From NCBI GenBank assembly GCA_015059195.1, contig SVAW01000001.1:13939-77938 (forward strand): DNA of 64,000 bases, given 5' to 3'. This stretch comes from Bacillota bacterium. GTDB lineage: Bacteria; Bacillota_I; Bacilli_A; RF39; UBA660. The notes beneath the pieces are model-generated. The model was not told where the DNA came from and did no database searches. It saw only the letters and a program-made list of their open reading frames with translations. Below are positions 10,272-20,691 of the stretch, piece after piece. A program made the position numbers and the translations under genes. The number at the start of each line of letters is the position of its first letter. The stretch's first letter is position 1.

Positions 10272-10725
10272 AAAAATAACTGTAAAATCAGGAATTGATC
10301 CAACAAGCGTTGAATTTCTTGAATATTATGAAAGGTTAAAAACAAACGGAGTTAATACTGTTATTTTAGATGATATGTTACAAAGAGGACAAAAACTTTT
10401 TTTAACACCTCTAGTTTTTAATGGAGATGATTATCAAGAATATAATGTTGATGACGTCGCATTTATTTGGTTGGAGGATAGAATTATAGGTCATCAAATT
10501 TCATCAATGCAAATGTCAAGGTCACCATTTAGAATCGCTGAACATAAAGAATCAGGAATTGCTTTAAAAAAAGGTGGAAGTAAAAAATTTACTAGATTTG
10601 ATTATTACTGTGAAGTTGATGGCATTAGAAATTCGATTTTAAAATATTTTACAGATCGTGTGAATGGCCAATTAGAAAGTGAAATTGTGATTCCGTATGA
10701 AAAACAAATTACAATTAAAAAGTAA
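10261..10725 (+). CDS. Hypothetical protein
   Basis: 154-aa ORF overlapping the pgk end and the next gene start; no recognisable motif. Confidence 0.6.
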   Translation: MKDKKITVKSGIDPTSVEFLEYYERLKTNGVNTVILDDMLQRGQKLFLTPLVFNGDDYQEYNVDDVAFIWLEDRIIGHQISSMQMSRSPFRIAEHKESGIALKKGGSKKFTRFDYYCEVDGIRNSILKYFTDRVNGQLESEIVIPYEKQITIKK

Positions 10726-11722
10726 AAATCTTAATATAATTTTAATATTTTTATTAACAATGGCAGTTCTTTATTTTTCTTTAAAAGATAATTTTGAAGA
10801 AGTGATAAGACACCTGTTTGATTTAAATATATGGTGGATAATTATAGGATTTGTTCTAATCTTTGGATATTGGTTTTTTATAAGCATGTCTATGTTTAAC
10901 TTGGCTAAAAAGTTTGAAACAAATATAAAGTTTATTGAAATACTTAAAATCAATGTTATTACCCATTTTTTTAATGGCATTACTCCATTTGCATCTGGAG
11001 GACAGCCATACCAGATTTATGCGTTAAAAAAACAAAATATTGATATTGTAGATTGTACTAGTATATGTATTCAAAATTTCGTAGCTTATCAACTTGCTTT
11101 GGTACTACTTGGAACCATCGCAATCTTAGCCAATAATATTTTTGATATTTTTGCAGATGTTAAAATATTAAAGTTATTTGTAGTAATTGGTTATTTGGTT
11201 AACTTATCTGTTGCAGCGGGATTATTTGCAATATCATTTACTCAAAAGTTTAATAAATTTGTACTAAAAATAATTATAACTTTGGGTTCAAAATTAAAAA
11301 TTGTCAAAGATAAAGATGAAAGTATAGCACGTTTTAATGCGCATGTTGCTAAATTTAATAAATGCACTAAAATGTTATTGAAAGATAAATCTAATTTAGC
11401 AAAAGTGGTTTTATATAACTTAGTAGGGTTAGTGTGTAATTATGCTGTACCTATGGCCGTGTTATATAGCATGGGAGACTATACTAGTATGAGTATATAT
11501 CTAGTTATTTTGGCGTCTGCATATGTCATGTTAATAGGGTCCTTTATTCCGTTACCAGGAGGTACAGGAGGATTAGAATATAGCTTCATGGCTTTCTTCG
11601 GAAAATTTGTTTCAGGTGCCAAATTATCATTGTTGATGCTTTTATGGAGATTTATGACTTACTATTTTGGCATGATTGTAGGAGCAATTACTTTGAATTT
11701 CGGTAGGAGGGATGAAAAATGA
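10697..11722 (+). CDS. Lysylphosphatidylglycerol synthase TM / flippase-like (UPF0104) membrane protein
   Basis: ITPFASGGQP, PLPGGTGGLE, LLWRFMTYY motifs; start uncertain. Confidence 0.85.
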   Translation: MKNKLQLKSKNLNIILIFLLTMAVLYFSLKDNFEEVIRHLFDLNIWWIIIGFVLIFGYWFFISMSMFNLAKKFETNIKFIEILKINVITHFFNGITPFASGGQPYQIYALKKQNIDIVDCTSICIQNFVAYQLALVLLGTIAILANNIFDIFADVKILKLFVVIGYLVNLSVAAGLFAISFTQKFNKFVLKIIITLGSKLKIVKDKDESIARFNAHVAKFNKCTKMLLKDKSNLAKVVLYNLVGLVCNYAVPMAVLYSMGDYTSMSIYLVILASAYVMLIGSFIPLPGGTGGLEYSFMAFFGKFVSGAKLSLLMLLWRFMTYYFGMIVGAITLNFGRRDEK

Positions 11723-12951
11723 GAATAGGTATATTTACAGACAGTTATACACCATATATTAGTGGTTTAGTTACTAGTGAGGTAATGCTTAAAGAAGCTC
11801 TTGAAAAATTGGGGCATACTGTATATGTAGTAACTGCAAATTTAGAAAACTATAAATATACTTATGATGAAAAAGAAAAAGTCATTAGAATTCCGGGGGT
11901 TCCTGTTGGAATCTATGATGCTAGGTTGACAGGAATTTATCCACTTCAAGCTATCCAAACTATTAAAAGTTGGAATCTAGATGTAATTCATTCTCAAACG
12001 GAGTTTGGAGTAGGAACTTTTGCGCGAATTATTGCAAAACAATTTAACATCCCAATTGTTCACACATATCACACTATGTACGAAGATTATATTCATTATA
12101 TTACTAAGGGTCATTTCATGGAACCAAGCAAAAAAATAGTGCAGTATTTAACTAAGTTTTATTGTGACAAAACTATTACTGAATTAATTGTTCCAACACA
12201 AAAAACCTATGATTTATTTAAGGAAAAGTATCAGATAAAAAGAAATGTACATATAATTCCGACAGGTATAGAGATTGAAAAGTTTTATAAAGAAAACTTT
12301 AAAAAAGAAGAAATAATAAGATTAAGAAGAAGTTTAAAGATTTCCACAAAAGATTTTATTTTAACGTTTGTTGGACGTCTTGGGAAAGAGAAGAGCGTAG
12401 ATTTTTTAATTGAAGCACATAAGAAAATAACTAGTAAATATAAAAATGTAAAATTGTTGATAATTGGTGATGGACCAGAAATGGATGATTTTCTATCACT
12501 AACTAAAAAATTAAATTTAGAAGACCATATTATTTTCACAGGGAAAGTGCCATGGGCTATGATACCGTTGTATTATCAATTGAGTAACGTATTTGTAACT
12601 GCTTCTAATACAGAAACACAAGGGTTAACTTTAATTGAAGCTATGGCGGCCAGTGTACCTATTGTATGCTTAGAAGATGATAGCTTTAAAATCGCCGTTG
12701 TTGATGATTTAAATGGATATTTCTTTAAAAGTCAGGATGAGTATGTAAACAGAATCAGTTATCTAATAGATAATCCCAAAGAATTTAAAAGACTTTCAAA
12801 TCAAGCAAGAGTGAGTAGTGAAATGCATTCATCTAAATATTTTGCCTTGAAAGTTTTGGGTGTTTATGAAATTGCTATTCAAAATAAAGTCAAAAATTCA
12901 AAATTACACAAATTAAAAAACGCAGTAAAGAAGGTGTTCAATGGAAAATAA
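11719..12951 (+). CDS. GT4 glycosyltransferase (1,2-diacylglycerol glucosyltransferase-like)
   Basis: MRIGIFTDSY, HTYHT, GRLGKEK, ETQGLTLIEAMA. Confidence 0.9.
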   Translation: MRIGIFTDSYTPYISGLVTSEVMLKEALEKLGHTVYVVTANLENYKYTYDEKEKVIRIPGVPVGIYDARLTGIYPLQAIQTIKSWNLDVIHSQTEFGVGTFARIIAKQFNIPIVHTYHTMYEDYIHYITKGHFMEPSKKIVQYLTKFYCDKTITELIVPTQKTYDLFKEKYQIKRNVHIIPTGIEIEKFYKENFKKEEIIRLRRSLKISTKDFILTFVGRLGKEKSVDFLIEAHKKITSKYKNVKLLIIGDGPEMDDFLSLTKKLNLEDHIIFTGKVPWAMIPLYYQLSNVFVTASNTETQGLTLIEAMAASVPIVCLEDDSFKIAVVDDLNGYFFKSQDEYVNRISYLIDNPKEFKRLSNQARVSSEMHSSKYFALKVLGVYEIAIQNKVKNSKLHKLKNAVKKVFNGK

Positions 12952-13672
12952 GAAAATAGTAATTGGCAATCAAAAAATATATATGTCAGTTAATGAGGTG
13001 GGGGAATTTTTAAAGGAAATTACCGGCAAAGTTTTAACGTCAAATGTTGTTATTTGTCCAACAACATTATATATCCCTTATTTTTTAAAACATCGTTATA
13101 GTGTGGGAATACAAAATGTATGTGAATATGACGTTGGTCAGTATACCGGAGAAGTTAGTGCTCAACAGGCTAGTGAAATTGGATTAAAATATGCATTAGT
13201 TGGGCATAGTGAAAGGCGAAGTTACTATAATGAGGATAATGATGTAATAAATTCCAAGATTAAAAATTTATTGAAAGCCAATATTATTCCGGTTTTATGC
13301 GTAGGTGAAACTAGTGAAGAAAAAAACCTTTTTAAAACAAAAAAAGTTTTAAAAAGTGACTTAATTAGTTGTCTAAATAAAGTTTCTTCAGAAGATATTG
13401 AAAAAATAATCATCGCATATGAACCTGTCTGGGCAATAGGAACTAAACGAATACCTACTATGGCGGAAATAAAATCTAATGTCGCATACATCAAAGACTT
13501 AATAAAACAAATATATAAAAAAGAAATTAGAGTTATCTACGGTGGAAGCGTTAATCCAAATAATATTGAGAAGCTTAACCGAATAGATAACGTAGATGGA
13601 TTTTTAGTTGGCGGAAGTTCCACTAAAGCTGAAGAGTTTTTAAAAATTATAGAAGTTGTTGTAAATCAATGA
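12941..13672 (+). CDS. tpiA: Triosephosphate isomerase
   Basis: GHSERR, AYEPVWAIGT, YGGSV, GFLVGG. Confidence 0.93.
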   Translation: MENKKIVIGNQKIYMSVNEVGEFLKEITGKVLTSNVVICPTTLYIPYFLKHRYSVGIQNVCEYDVGQYTGEVSAQQASEIGLKYALVGHSERRSYYNEDNDVINSKIKNLLKANIIPVLCVGETSEEKNLFKTKKVLKSDLISCLNKVSSEDIEKIIIAYEPVWAIGTKRIPTMAEIKSNVAYIKDLIKQIYKKEIRVIYGGSVNPNNIEKLNRIDNVDGFLVGGSSTKAEEFLKIIEVVVNQ

Positions 13673-13687
13673 CTTCTTTTTACTTTT

Positions 13688-13704
13688 TTCGATGAAAATC
13701 GACA
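13688..13704. promoter_or_regulatory. Putative tandem Spo0A boxes upstream of spo0A
   Basis: TTCGATG and ATCGACA 10 bp apart; 2 and 1 mismatches to TTCGACA (reverse complement of 0A box TGTCGAA). Confidence 0.4.
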
Positions 13705-13786
13705 AAACTAGATAAATTTCATTCTAGTATAATTTTAGGTGTTAGTAGTATAATTAACGTACAAGAATTTAGATAGGAGAATAAAA

Positions 13787-14557
13787 ATGGATAAAATAAA
13801 AGTTTTAATGATAGATGATAATATTAATTTAGTAGAAATGGTGAAAGAGTATTTTTCTAATAATAACAATATTAGTTTAGAAATTGCGGCACATGACGGA
13901 GAAGAAGGAATTAAAATTATAGAGGAGAGAAAAGAAGATTATGATGTGATATTACTAGATTTAATAATGCCTAAAAAGGATGGATTATATGTGCTAGAAG
14001 AGATGCGTAAGCGTGGAATAAATAAGAAAGTTATCGTAGAAACTAGTTATAATGCAAGTGAGGTTATTCGCGAGGTGGCAGATTATGGAGTAAATTATTT
14101 TATTTTGAAGCCTTTTGAACTTGCTGATTTAGAGCATAGAATTTTAGAAACTTCTAAACGCAAGGACAGCAATAAAAAGAACATTGATTTTTATAATAGC
14201 AATTTGCAGGTGGCTATTACAAAAGTTTTACATGAACTAGGAATACCATCGCATATTAAAGGTTATCAGTATATAAGAGAAGGAGTAGGAATTGTTTTTG
14301 AACATCCCGAAACTATTGGAGGTATTACTAAAGAATTATATCCTGAATTAGCCCACAAATTTGATACAACTGTATCTCGTGTTGAGAGAGCTATTAGACA
14401 TGCAATAGAAGTGAGTTGGAATCGAGGCAGTTGGGAACTTATGGAAGAAATATTTGGACATAGTGTAGATATTGATAAGGCAAAGCCAACCAATTCAGAG
14501 TTTATTGTAACTATTGCGGATAAATTACGATTAGATTTTCATAAGGTTGGAGTTTAA
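13787..14557 (+). CDS. spo0A: Sporulation master regulator Spo0A
   Basis: Receiver domain (DD, LDLIMP, KPF) plus GIPSHIKGYQY, ITKELYP, SRVERAIRHAIE, KPTNSEFI. Confidence 0.97.
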   Translation: MDKIKVLMIDDNINLVEMVKEYFSNNNNISLEIAAHDGEEGIKIIEERKEDYDVILLDLIMPKKDGLYVLEEMRKRGINKKVIVETSYNASEVIREVADYGVNYFILKPFELADLEHRILETSKRKDSNKKNIDFYNSNLQVAITKVLHELGIPSHIKGYQYIREGVGIVFEHPETIGGITKELYPELAHKFDTTVSRVERAIRHAIEVSWNRGSWELMEEIFGHSVDIDKAKPTNSEFIVTIADKLRLDFHKVGV

Positions 14558-14593
14558 TTTAGAAATATGATATAATTATTCTAGGTGGTTTTG

Positions 14594-15466
14594 ATGAAAA
14601 AACAAATATTTATTTATAACCCTATTGCAGGTGGTGGACGTGCAGAACAAGCGATTTCACTAATAAAAACATTTGCAAGAGAAGAAAAAAAATTACATGA
14701 AATTGAAATTGTTAGAACAGATGCACCTGGGAAGGCTTGTAGATATACGGAAATATGGTCTAGGGTTTTCCCCAATGTTATTATTTATAGTGTCGGTGGG
14801 GATGGAACATTAAATGAAGTAATTAATGGTATTTATCCCAATACTAAATTAGGTATTATTCCAGCTGGCTCTGGAAATGATTTTTATAGGGTTTATCAAG
14901 AAATAGAAGGTACTAAAAAAATAAACTTGGGTGTAGTTAATGGTCGCAAATTTATAAATATTGCTTCACTAGGAATAGATGCTAAAATGGCAGATACTGC
15001 GAATAGAATAAAAAACTCTAGATTTAGAATGTTATCTTATCCACGTGCAATAATCGAAGAAATTATTAAATATAAACCAACATCTATTACGATTAATGGA
15101 GTACCAACGGAAAAAACCATATTAACTATTTGTAACGGGCAATATTATGGCAATGGGTTTCCTATGAATCCTGAATATAATCTTAGTGATGGATTATTCA
15201 ATGTGATAAGTGCAGGAAAGCTAACTAGACGACAAATTATTGTTTTATTACTAAAAATATTACGACAAACGCATTTAGAATCAGAAAGAGTTGCGTTTTA
15301 TCAAACAGACTCTATATTGGTAGAAAGTGGCAAATCATTATTATGCAATGTCGACGGAGAAGTATTTGCAGATACTAGATTTGAATTTTCAGTAATTAAA
15401 GATGGGGTGACACTTACAACAGATGTTCCACAGTATGTAAAGAGAGCTATAAAGGCTATTAAATAA
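14594..15466 (+). CDS. Diacylglycerol/lipid kinase family protein (YegS/DagK)
   Basis: NPIAG, GGDGTLNEV, PAGSGNDF, NVDGE. Confidence 0.9.
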   Translation: MKKQIFIYNPIAGGGRAEQAISLIKTFAREEKKLHEIEIVRTDAPGKACRYTEIWSRVFPNVIIYSVGGDGTLNEVINGIYPNTKLGIIPAGSGNDFYRVYQEIEGTKKINLGVVNGRKFINIASLGIDAKMADTANRIKNSRFRMLSYPRAIIEEIIKYKPTSITINGVPTEKTILTICNGQYYGNGFPMNPEYNLSDGLFNVISAGKLTRRQIIVLLLKILRQTHLESERVAFYQTDSILVESGKSLLCNVDGEVFADTRFEFSVIKDGVTLTTDVPQYVKRAIKAIK

Positions 15467-15513
15467 TTGATAGTCTCTTTTTTTTTTGTTATAATTAAGT
15501 AGGAGATGATAGT

Positions 15514-17028
15514 ATGGGACCATTAGTGCTATGTATTTTAGATGGTGTAGGTATTCGTGAAGATTCACACGGCAATGCTTTTGCTAGTGCCAAGAAGCCT
15601 AATTTTGATTATCTATGGAACAATTATCCACATAGTTTATTAAATGCTAGTGGTACTTATGTTGGTCTACCCGAAGGTCAGATGGGCAATAGTGAAGTAG
15701 GACATTTAAATATTGGTGCCGGAAGGGTAGTTTATCAACCGTTACAATTAATTAACAATAAAATTACAGATTTATCTTTTTTTAAAAATAAAGAAATATT
15801 AAAAGCTTTTAAACATGTAAAGAAGAATAAGTCATCTTTACACCTTATGGGTTTACTTAGCGATGGAGGAGTCCATTCTCACATCAATCATTTATTCGCA
15901 TTATTAGACATGTGTAAACAAAATGAAATTAAAACAGTTTACATTCATGCCTTTACAGATGGAAGAGATACTGCACCCAATTCGGGTATTAAATACTTAG
16001 AAATGCTTGAAAACAAAATTAAAGAAATAGGTATAGGAGAAATCGCAACGATTTCAGGAAGATACTATGCAATGGATAGAGATAACAGATGGGAAAGAAT
16101 TGATAAGGCGTATCAAGCAATTGTAGATGGAGTAGGAGAACAATATTCATCATTTCAAGAGGCTATGAAACATAATTATGACAATAACATTACTGATGAA
16201 TTTATTGTTCCTGCAGTTATTAATAAAAGAGGAATTGTAGAAGACAATGATGCGATTATTACGTTTAACTTTCGTCCAGATCGCTTGCGTGAATTATTTT
16301 CGCTTATTACAAATCCAGAAAAAGCTGAAATCGAGTGTACATCGTTAACTAACATCAAATTGATTACTATGATGCCAGTAAGTGATGAGGTTGTTTATCA
16401 AAATGCATTTAATCTAGAAAGTCTAAAGTGTACCTTTGGTGAATATATTAGCCACAAAGGATTAAAACAGTTACGCATTGCGGAAACAGAAAAGTATGCA
16501 CACGTTACTTACTTCTTTGATGGAGGAGTAGAAAAGAGTTTAAGAAATTGTGAGCGTGTTTTAGTACCTTCTCCAAAAGTTGCAACATATGATATGCAAC
16601 CAGAAATGAGCGCTTATCAAATTACTAAAACATTGATTGAAAAATTAAATGATTATGATGTAGTTATTTTAAATTATGCTAATGGAGATATGGTGGGACA
16701 TACTGGAAATTATGAAAAAACAGTAAAGGCAGTAGAATCATTAGATATTTGTTTAGCACCATTATTTAATAAACTTAAAGAATTAAATGGTACTTTAATG
16801 ATTATTGCTGATCATGGAAATTGTGATTATATGTTGGATAGTAATAATAACCAAGTTACAAGCCATTCTAATAGTTTAGTTCCGTGTATTATTACGCGTA
16901 AAGATATCACATTAAAAGATGGTAGTCTTTGCGATGTTGCCCCAACCCTACTAAAGCTTTTAGGTCTAAAAGTTCCTAAGGAAATGACAGGCAATATCTT
17001 GTTTGAAGAAAATAAAAAAAGTTTATAG
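15514..17028 (+). CDS. gpmI: 2,3-bisphosphoglycerate-independent phosphoglycerate mutase
   Basis: ILDG, MGNSEVGH, DGRDT, AETEKYAHVT, DMVGHTG, ADHGN. Confidence 0.97.
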   Translation: MGPLVLCILDGVGIREDSHGNAFASAKKPNFDYLWNNYPHSLLNASGTYVGLPEGQMGNSEVGHLNIGAGRVVYQPLQLINNKITDLSFFKNKEILKAFKHVKKNKSSLHLMGLLSDGGVHSHINHLFALLDMCKQNEIKTVYIHAFTDGRDTAPNSGIKYLEMLENKIKEIGIGEIATISGRYYAMDRDNRWERIDKAYQAIVDGVGEQYSSFQEAMKHNYDNNITDEFIVPAVINKRGIVEDNDAIITFNFRPDRLRELFSLITNPEKAEIECTSLTNIKLITMMPVSDEVVYQNAFNLESLKCTFGEYISHKGLKQLRIAETEKYAHVTYFFDGGVEKSLRNCERVLVPSPKVATYDMQPEMSAYQITKTLIEKLNDYDVVILNYANGDMVGHTGNYEKTVKAVESLDICLAPLFNKLKELNGTLMIIADHGNCDYMLDSNNNQVTSHSNSLVPCIITRKDITLKDGSLCDVAPTLLKLLGLKVPKEMTGNILFEENKKSL

Positions 17029-17091
17029 GTTCTATAAGCTTTTTTCGTTGAAAAATATGTCAAAAAAAGATATAATTAAGTCGGTGGTTTT

Positions 17092-18075
17092 ATGTGGAAA
17101 ATAGGTAATGTAGAAATCAAAAATAGAGTAGTATTAGCTCCTATGGCAGGCATTTGTAATAGTGCATATAGAACTATTATTAAAGAAATGGGATGTGGGT
17201 TAATAGAGGCTGAGATGGTTAGCGATAAAGCTATTAGTTTTGGTAATGAAAAAACAATTGATATGTTATATATGACAGATTTTGAAAGACCAATATCTCA
17301 ACAAATATTTGGTAGTGACGTAGAAAGTTTTGTAACATCCGCCAAATATATATACGAACATATGAAACCAGATATTATCGATATTAATATGGGGTGTCCT
17401 GTTCCTAAGGTTGCAGTTAGAGCCCAAGCGGGAAGTGCACTTCTTAAAGACCCGGATAAGATTTATGAAATAGTATTAAATGTAGTAAAAGCAGTTCCAA
17501 TTCCGGTCACAGTAAAAATACGTAGCGGTTGGGATTTTAATAATATTAATGCGGTAGAAGTTGCTAAAATAATTGAAAAGGCTGGGGCAAGTGCTATTAC
17601 GGTACATCCAAGAACACGTAGTCAAGGATATAGTGGTATTGCGGATTGGAATATCATAAAACAAGTAAAAGAAATGGTAAGTATACCAGTGATAGGAAAT
17701 GGAGATATACATACGTGTTATGACGCTAAAAGAATGATCGATGAAACTGGCTGTGATGCTGTTATGATTGGAAGAGGAGTATTAGGTAATCCTTGGTTAA
17801 TCAAAGAATGTGTTGACTATTTAGAAAAGGGGATTGAACCCAAGCAAATTACACATGAAGAAAAAATTTTAATGATTAGAAAACATTTGAATTATTTACT
17901 TAAAATTAAACCTGAAAAAGTTGCGATTTTAGAAATGAGAAGTCATGCTTCTTGGTATTTAAAAGGAATTCCTAATGGAGCAAAAATACGCTCTAAGATA
18001 AATCAAATAACAACAACAGAAGAATTTGAACAGTTATTAAATGATTTTGAAGGAGGTAAGTATGAAGACAAATAA
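17092..18075 (+). CDS. dusB: tRNA dihydrouridine synthase DusB
   Basis: LAPMAG, DINMGCP, TVKIR, GNGDI, MIGRG. Confidence 0.93.
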   Translation: MWKIGNVEIKNRVVLAPMAGICNSAYRTIIKEMGCGLIEAEMVSDKAISFGNEKTIDMLYMTDFERPISQQIFGSDVESFVTSAKYIYEHMKPDIIDINMGCPVPKVAVRAQAGSALLKDPDKIYEIVLNVVKAVPIPVTVKIRSGWDFNNINAVEVAKIIEKAGASAITVHPRTRSQGYSGIADWNIIKQVKEMVSIPVIGNGDIHTCYDAKRMIDETGCDAVMIGRGVLGNPWLIKECVDYLEKGIEPKQITHEEKILMIRKHLNYLLKIKPEKVAILEMRSHASWYLKGIPNGAKIRSKINQITTTEEFEQLLNDFEGGKYEDK

Positions 18076-18661
18076 AAAAGCTACATGTTTAAAAAGAGTG
18101 GGTGCATATATTTTAGATGCATTCATATTTAGTTTAATTTTTGGCATATTTATGATGCTTATTCCGGAAAGCAACAATGTGATTAATTTAAATCAACAAT
18201 TATCTGATTTGGGTGAGAAGTTTTTAAATCATGATATATCAATAAGTGTGTATTTTAATCAATATGCTGGGATCGTTCATAGTTTAGATAAAGAACTATT
18301 TTTAAATAATTTATTTAACATGGTTTTAATGATTGGTTATTTTACTATTCTGCCATTTTATTATAATGGCCAAACTTTTGGCAAAAAGATACTGAAAATT
18401 AAAGTTGTAAAAGATAATGGAGAATTAACCATGAACGATTTATTAATCAGGAATATGATTATAAATGGCATTTTATTTAGTTTAATAGGTTTTACAATCA
18501 TCTTTATTACTAAAGAGGTGACTTATTTTACAATCATTTCTATTTTAGGAATTATTGAAATTTTACTAGTAATTACAAGCCTTTTTATGGTATCATATAG
18601 ACATGACAAAAAGGCAGTTCATGACATCTTGTGTAAAACAAGTGTTATAGAAGAAAATTAG
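18062..18661 (+). CDS. RDD family membrane protein
   Basis: KRVGAYILD, GQTFGKKILKIKV, HD motifs; start behind GGAGG. Confidence 0.85.
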   Translation: MKTNKKATCLKRVGAYILDAFIFSLIFGIFMMLIPESNNVINLNQQLSDLGEKFLNHDISISVYFNQYAGIVHSLDKELFLNNLFNMVLMIGYFTILPFYYNGQTFGKKILKIKVVKDNGELTMNDLLIRNMIINGILFSLIGFTIIFITKEVTYFTIISILGIIEILLVITSLFMVSYRHDKKAVHDILCKTSVIEEN

Positions 18662-18672
18662 AGGTGAAAAAC

Positions 18673-20148
18673 ATGAGAGAATTTACAGAACAAGAATTAG
18701 TTCGTAGAAAAAAAATTGATGCGATAAGAGAAGTAACTAATCCTTATCCTGAAAAATATGAAGTTAATTACGAAATTTGTGACGCGGCTCAATTAGAAGA
18801 TGGAACTACTGGTGTTAGAATTGCAGGACGTATTATTTTAATGCGCAAAATGGGTAAAATGAGTTTCTTAACAATTGGAGACATTAAGGGGAAAATTCAA
18901 ATATCTGTTAAACTGGATATGATAGGAGAAGAAGCATACAATAATTTCAAAAGTTTCTATGATTTAGGGGATTTTATTGGTGTAGAGGGAGAAATATTTA
19001 CTACTCATACTGGTGAAAAGACAGTACGTGCAGATAGAATTGAATTTTTAGGTAAAGCTTTAAAACCTCTTCCTGAAAAATTCCACGGTATTGAGGATAT
19101 TGAAACAATTTATCGCAATAGATATCTAGATTTGATAATGAATGATGATTCTAAGAAAAAATTCTTACTACGTACTAGATTTATTAAAGAATTAAGAGAT
19201 TACTTGGATAAATTAGGCTATATTGAAATAGAAACACCAATTTTAAATAATAAAGCTAGTGGAGCAACTGCTAGACCGTTTGTTACTCATCACAATGCAC
19301 TAGATATTGATGTGTATTTAAGAATTGCTCCTGAGACTTATTTAAAAAGAGCAGTAGTAGGTGGATTTACAAAAGTTTTTGAAATTGCTAGATGTTTTAG
19401 AAATGAAGGTATGGATGCAACACACCTACAAGATTTTACAATGGTTGAAGGTTATGGTGCATATCTAAATTACAAAGACAATATGAAATTATTACGTGAA
19501 ATGTTACAAACAATCATCATGAATCTATTTGGAACATTAACTATTACTGTAGGAGATAAAGAAGTAGATTTATCTGGGGAATGGGCAAGTGTTAGTTTTA
19601 AAGAATTAATATTAAAATATGCTGATATTGATATTGATGTTAATAATACTAAAGAATTATTGCTTGAAGAAATTAAAAACAAAAAAATTGATATAGATTC
19701 TGAAGTTCCTTTAGAGAATTTAGGATTTGGTAATTTAGTTGACCAACTATATAAAAAGGTAGCTCGTCCACATTTAGTAAATCCAATTTTCTTAACAGAA
19801 CATCCAATTAGCCTATCTCCTTTAGCTCGTGCTAATGATGATAATAAAGAACTGACAGATCGTTTCCAATTAATTATAAATGGAGCTGAAATTATAAATG
19901 CTTACTCAGAATTAGTTGATCCACAAGAGCAAGAAGCACGCTTGTTGGAACAAGCTAAACTTAAAGCTGGTGGAGATGAAGAAGCAATGCCTATGGATTA
20001 TGATTATATCGAAGCTATGGAATATGGAATGCCACCAATTAGTGGTTGGGGAATGGGAATTGATCGTTTAATTCAATTATTAACAAGTTCAGATAACATT
20101 AAGGATGTGGTATTATTCCCGCTAATGAGACCAAAGGATGGAGAATAA
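18673..20148 (+). CDS. lysS: Lysine--tRNA ligase (class II)
   Basis: PLPEKFHG, YRNRYLDL, FRNEG, YGMPPISGWGMGIDRL. Confidence 0.97.
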   Translation: MREFTEQELVRRKKIDAIREVTNPYPEKYEVNYEICDAAQLEDGTTGVRIAGRIILMRKMGKMSFLTIGDIKGKIQISVKLDMIGEEAYNNFKSFYDLGDFIGVEGEIFTTHTGEKTVRADRIEFLGKALKPLPEKFHGIEDIETIYRNRYLDLIMNDDSKKKFLLRTRFIKELRDYLDKLGYIEIETPILNNKASGATARPFVTHHNALDIDVYLRIAPETYLKRAVVGGFTKVFEIARCFRNEGMDATHLQDFTMVEGYGAYLNYKDNMKLLREMLQTIIMNLFGTLTITVGDKEVDLSGEWASVSFKELILKYADIDIDVNNTKELLLEEIKNKKIDIDSEVPLENLGFGNLVDQLYKKVARPHLVNPIFLTEHPISLSPLARANDDNKELTDRFQLIINGAEIINAYSELVDPQEQEARLLEQAKLKAGGDEEAMPMDYDYIEAMEYGMPPISGWGMGIDRLIQLLTSSDNIKDVVLFPLMRPKDGE

Positions 20149-20150
20149 AC

Positions 20151-20690
20151 ATGGATTTATATGTAGTTAGACATGGTGAAACTAATGAAAATATTAACAA
20201 AGTAATGCAAGGCAATATGGATACTTTATTAAATGATACAGGCAGAAAACAAGCTTTAGAAGCAAGAAAAAAGTTGGGAGATGTAAAAATAGATTTAATT
20301 ATTTCATCCCCTAAGGCTAGGGCGTTAGAAACTGCTCAAATAATTAGTAATGGAAGATTTCCGATTATTACGGATGATAGATTATTAAGTCGAGATCATG
20401 GAGAGTTTCAAGGAAAAACTCGTTATGAAGTTGACTTAGAAGATTATTGGAATATCAAAATAAATAGACAATATGAAAAAGCTGAAAGTGTAGGCCGCAT
20501 GTTTGAACGCATTACTGATTTACTAGAAGACATCAAGAAAAACTATAAGGGAAAAACAGTTATGCTTGCTACACACAGCGGAATTTGTAGAATACTTTAT
20601 TATTATTTTAATGGTATTCCAGAATCAGGAAGTTTGTTAGATTATGAATCTACAAATTGTTCTTTAGAAAAATATGAATTGGAGGATTAA
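20151..20690 (+). CDS. Histidine phosphatase family protein
   Basis: VRHGET, SSP..RA, THSG. Confidence 0.9.
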   Translation: MDLYVVRHGETNENINKVMQGNMDTLLNDTGRKQALEARKKLGDVKIDLIISSPKARALETAQIISNGRFPIITDDRLLSRDHGEFQGKTRYEVDLEDYWNIKINRQYEKAESVGRMFERITDLLEDIKKNYKGKTVMLATHSGICRILYYYFNGIPESGSLLDYESTNCSLEKYELED

Positions 20691-20691
20691 T

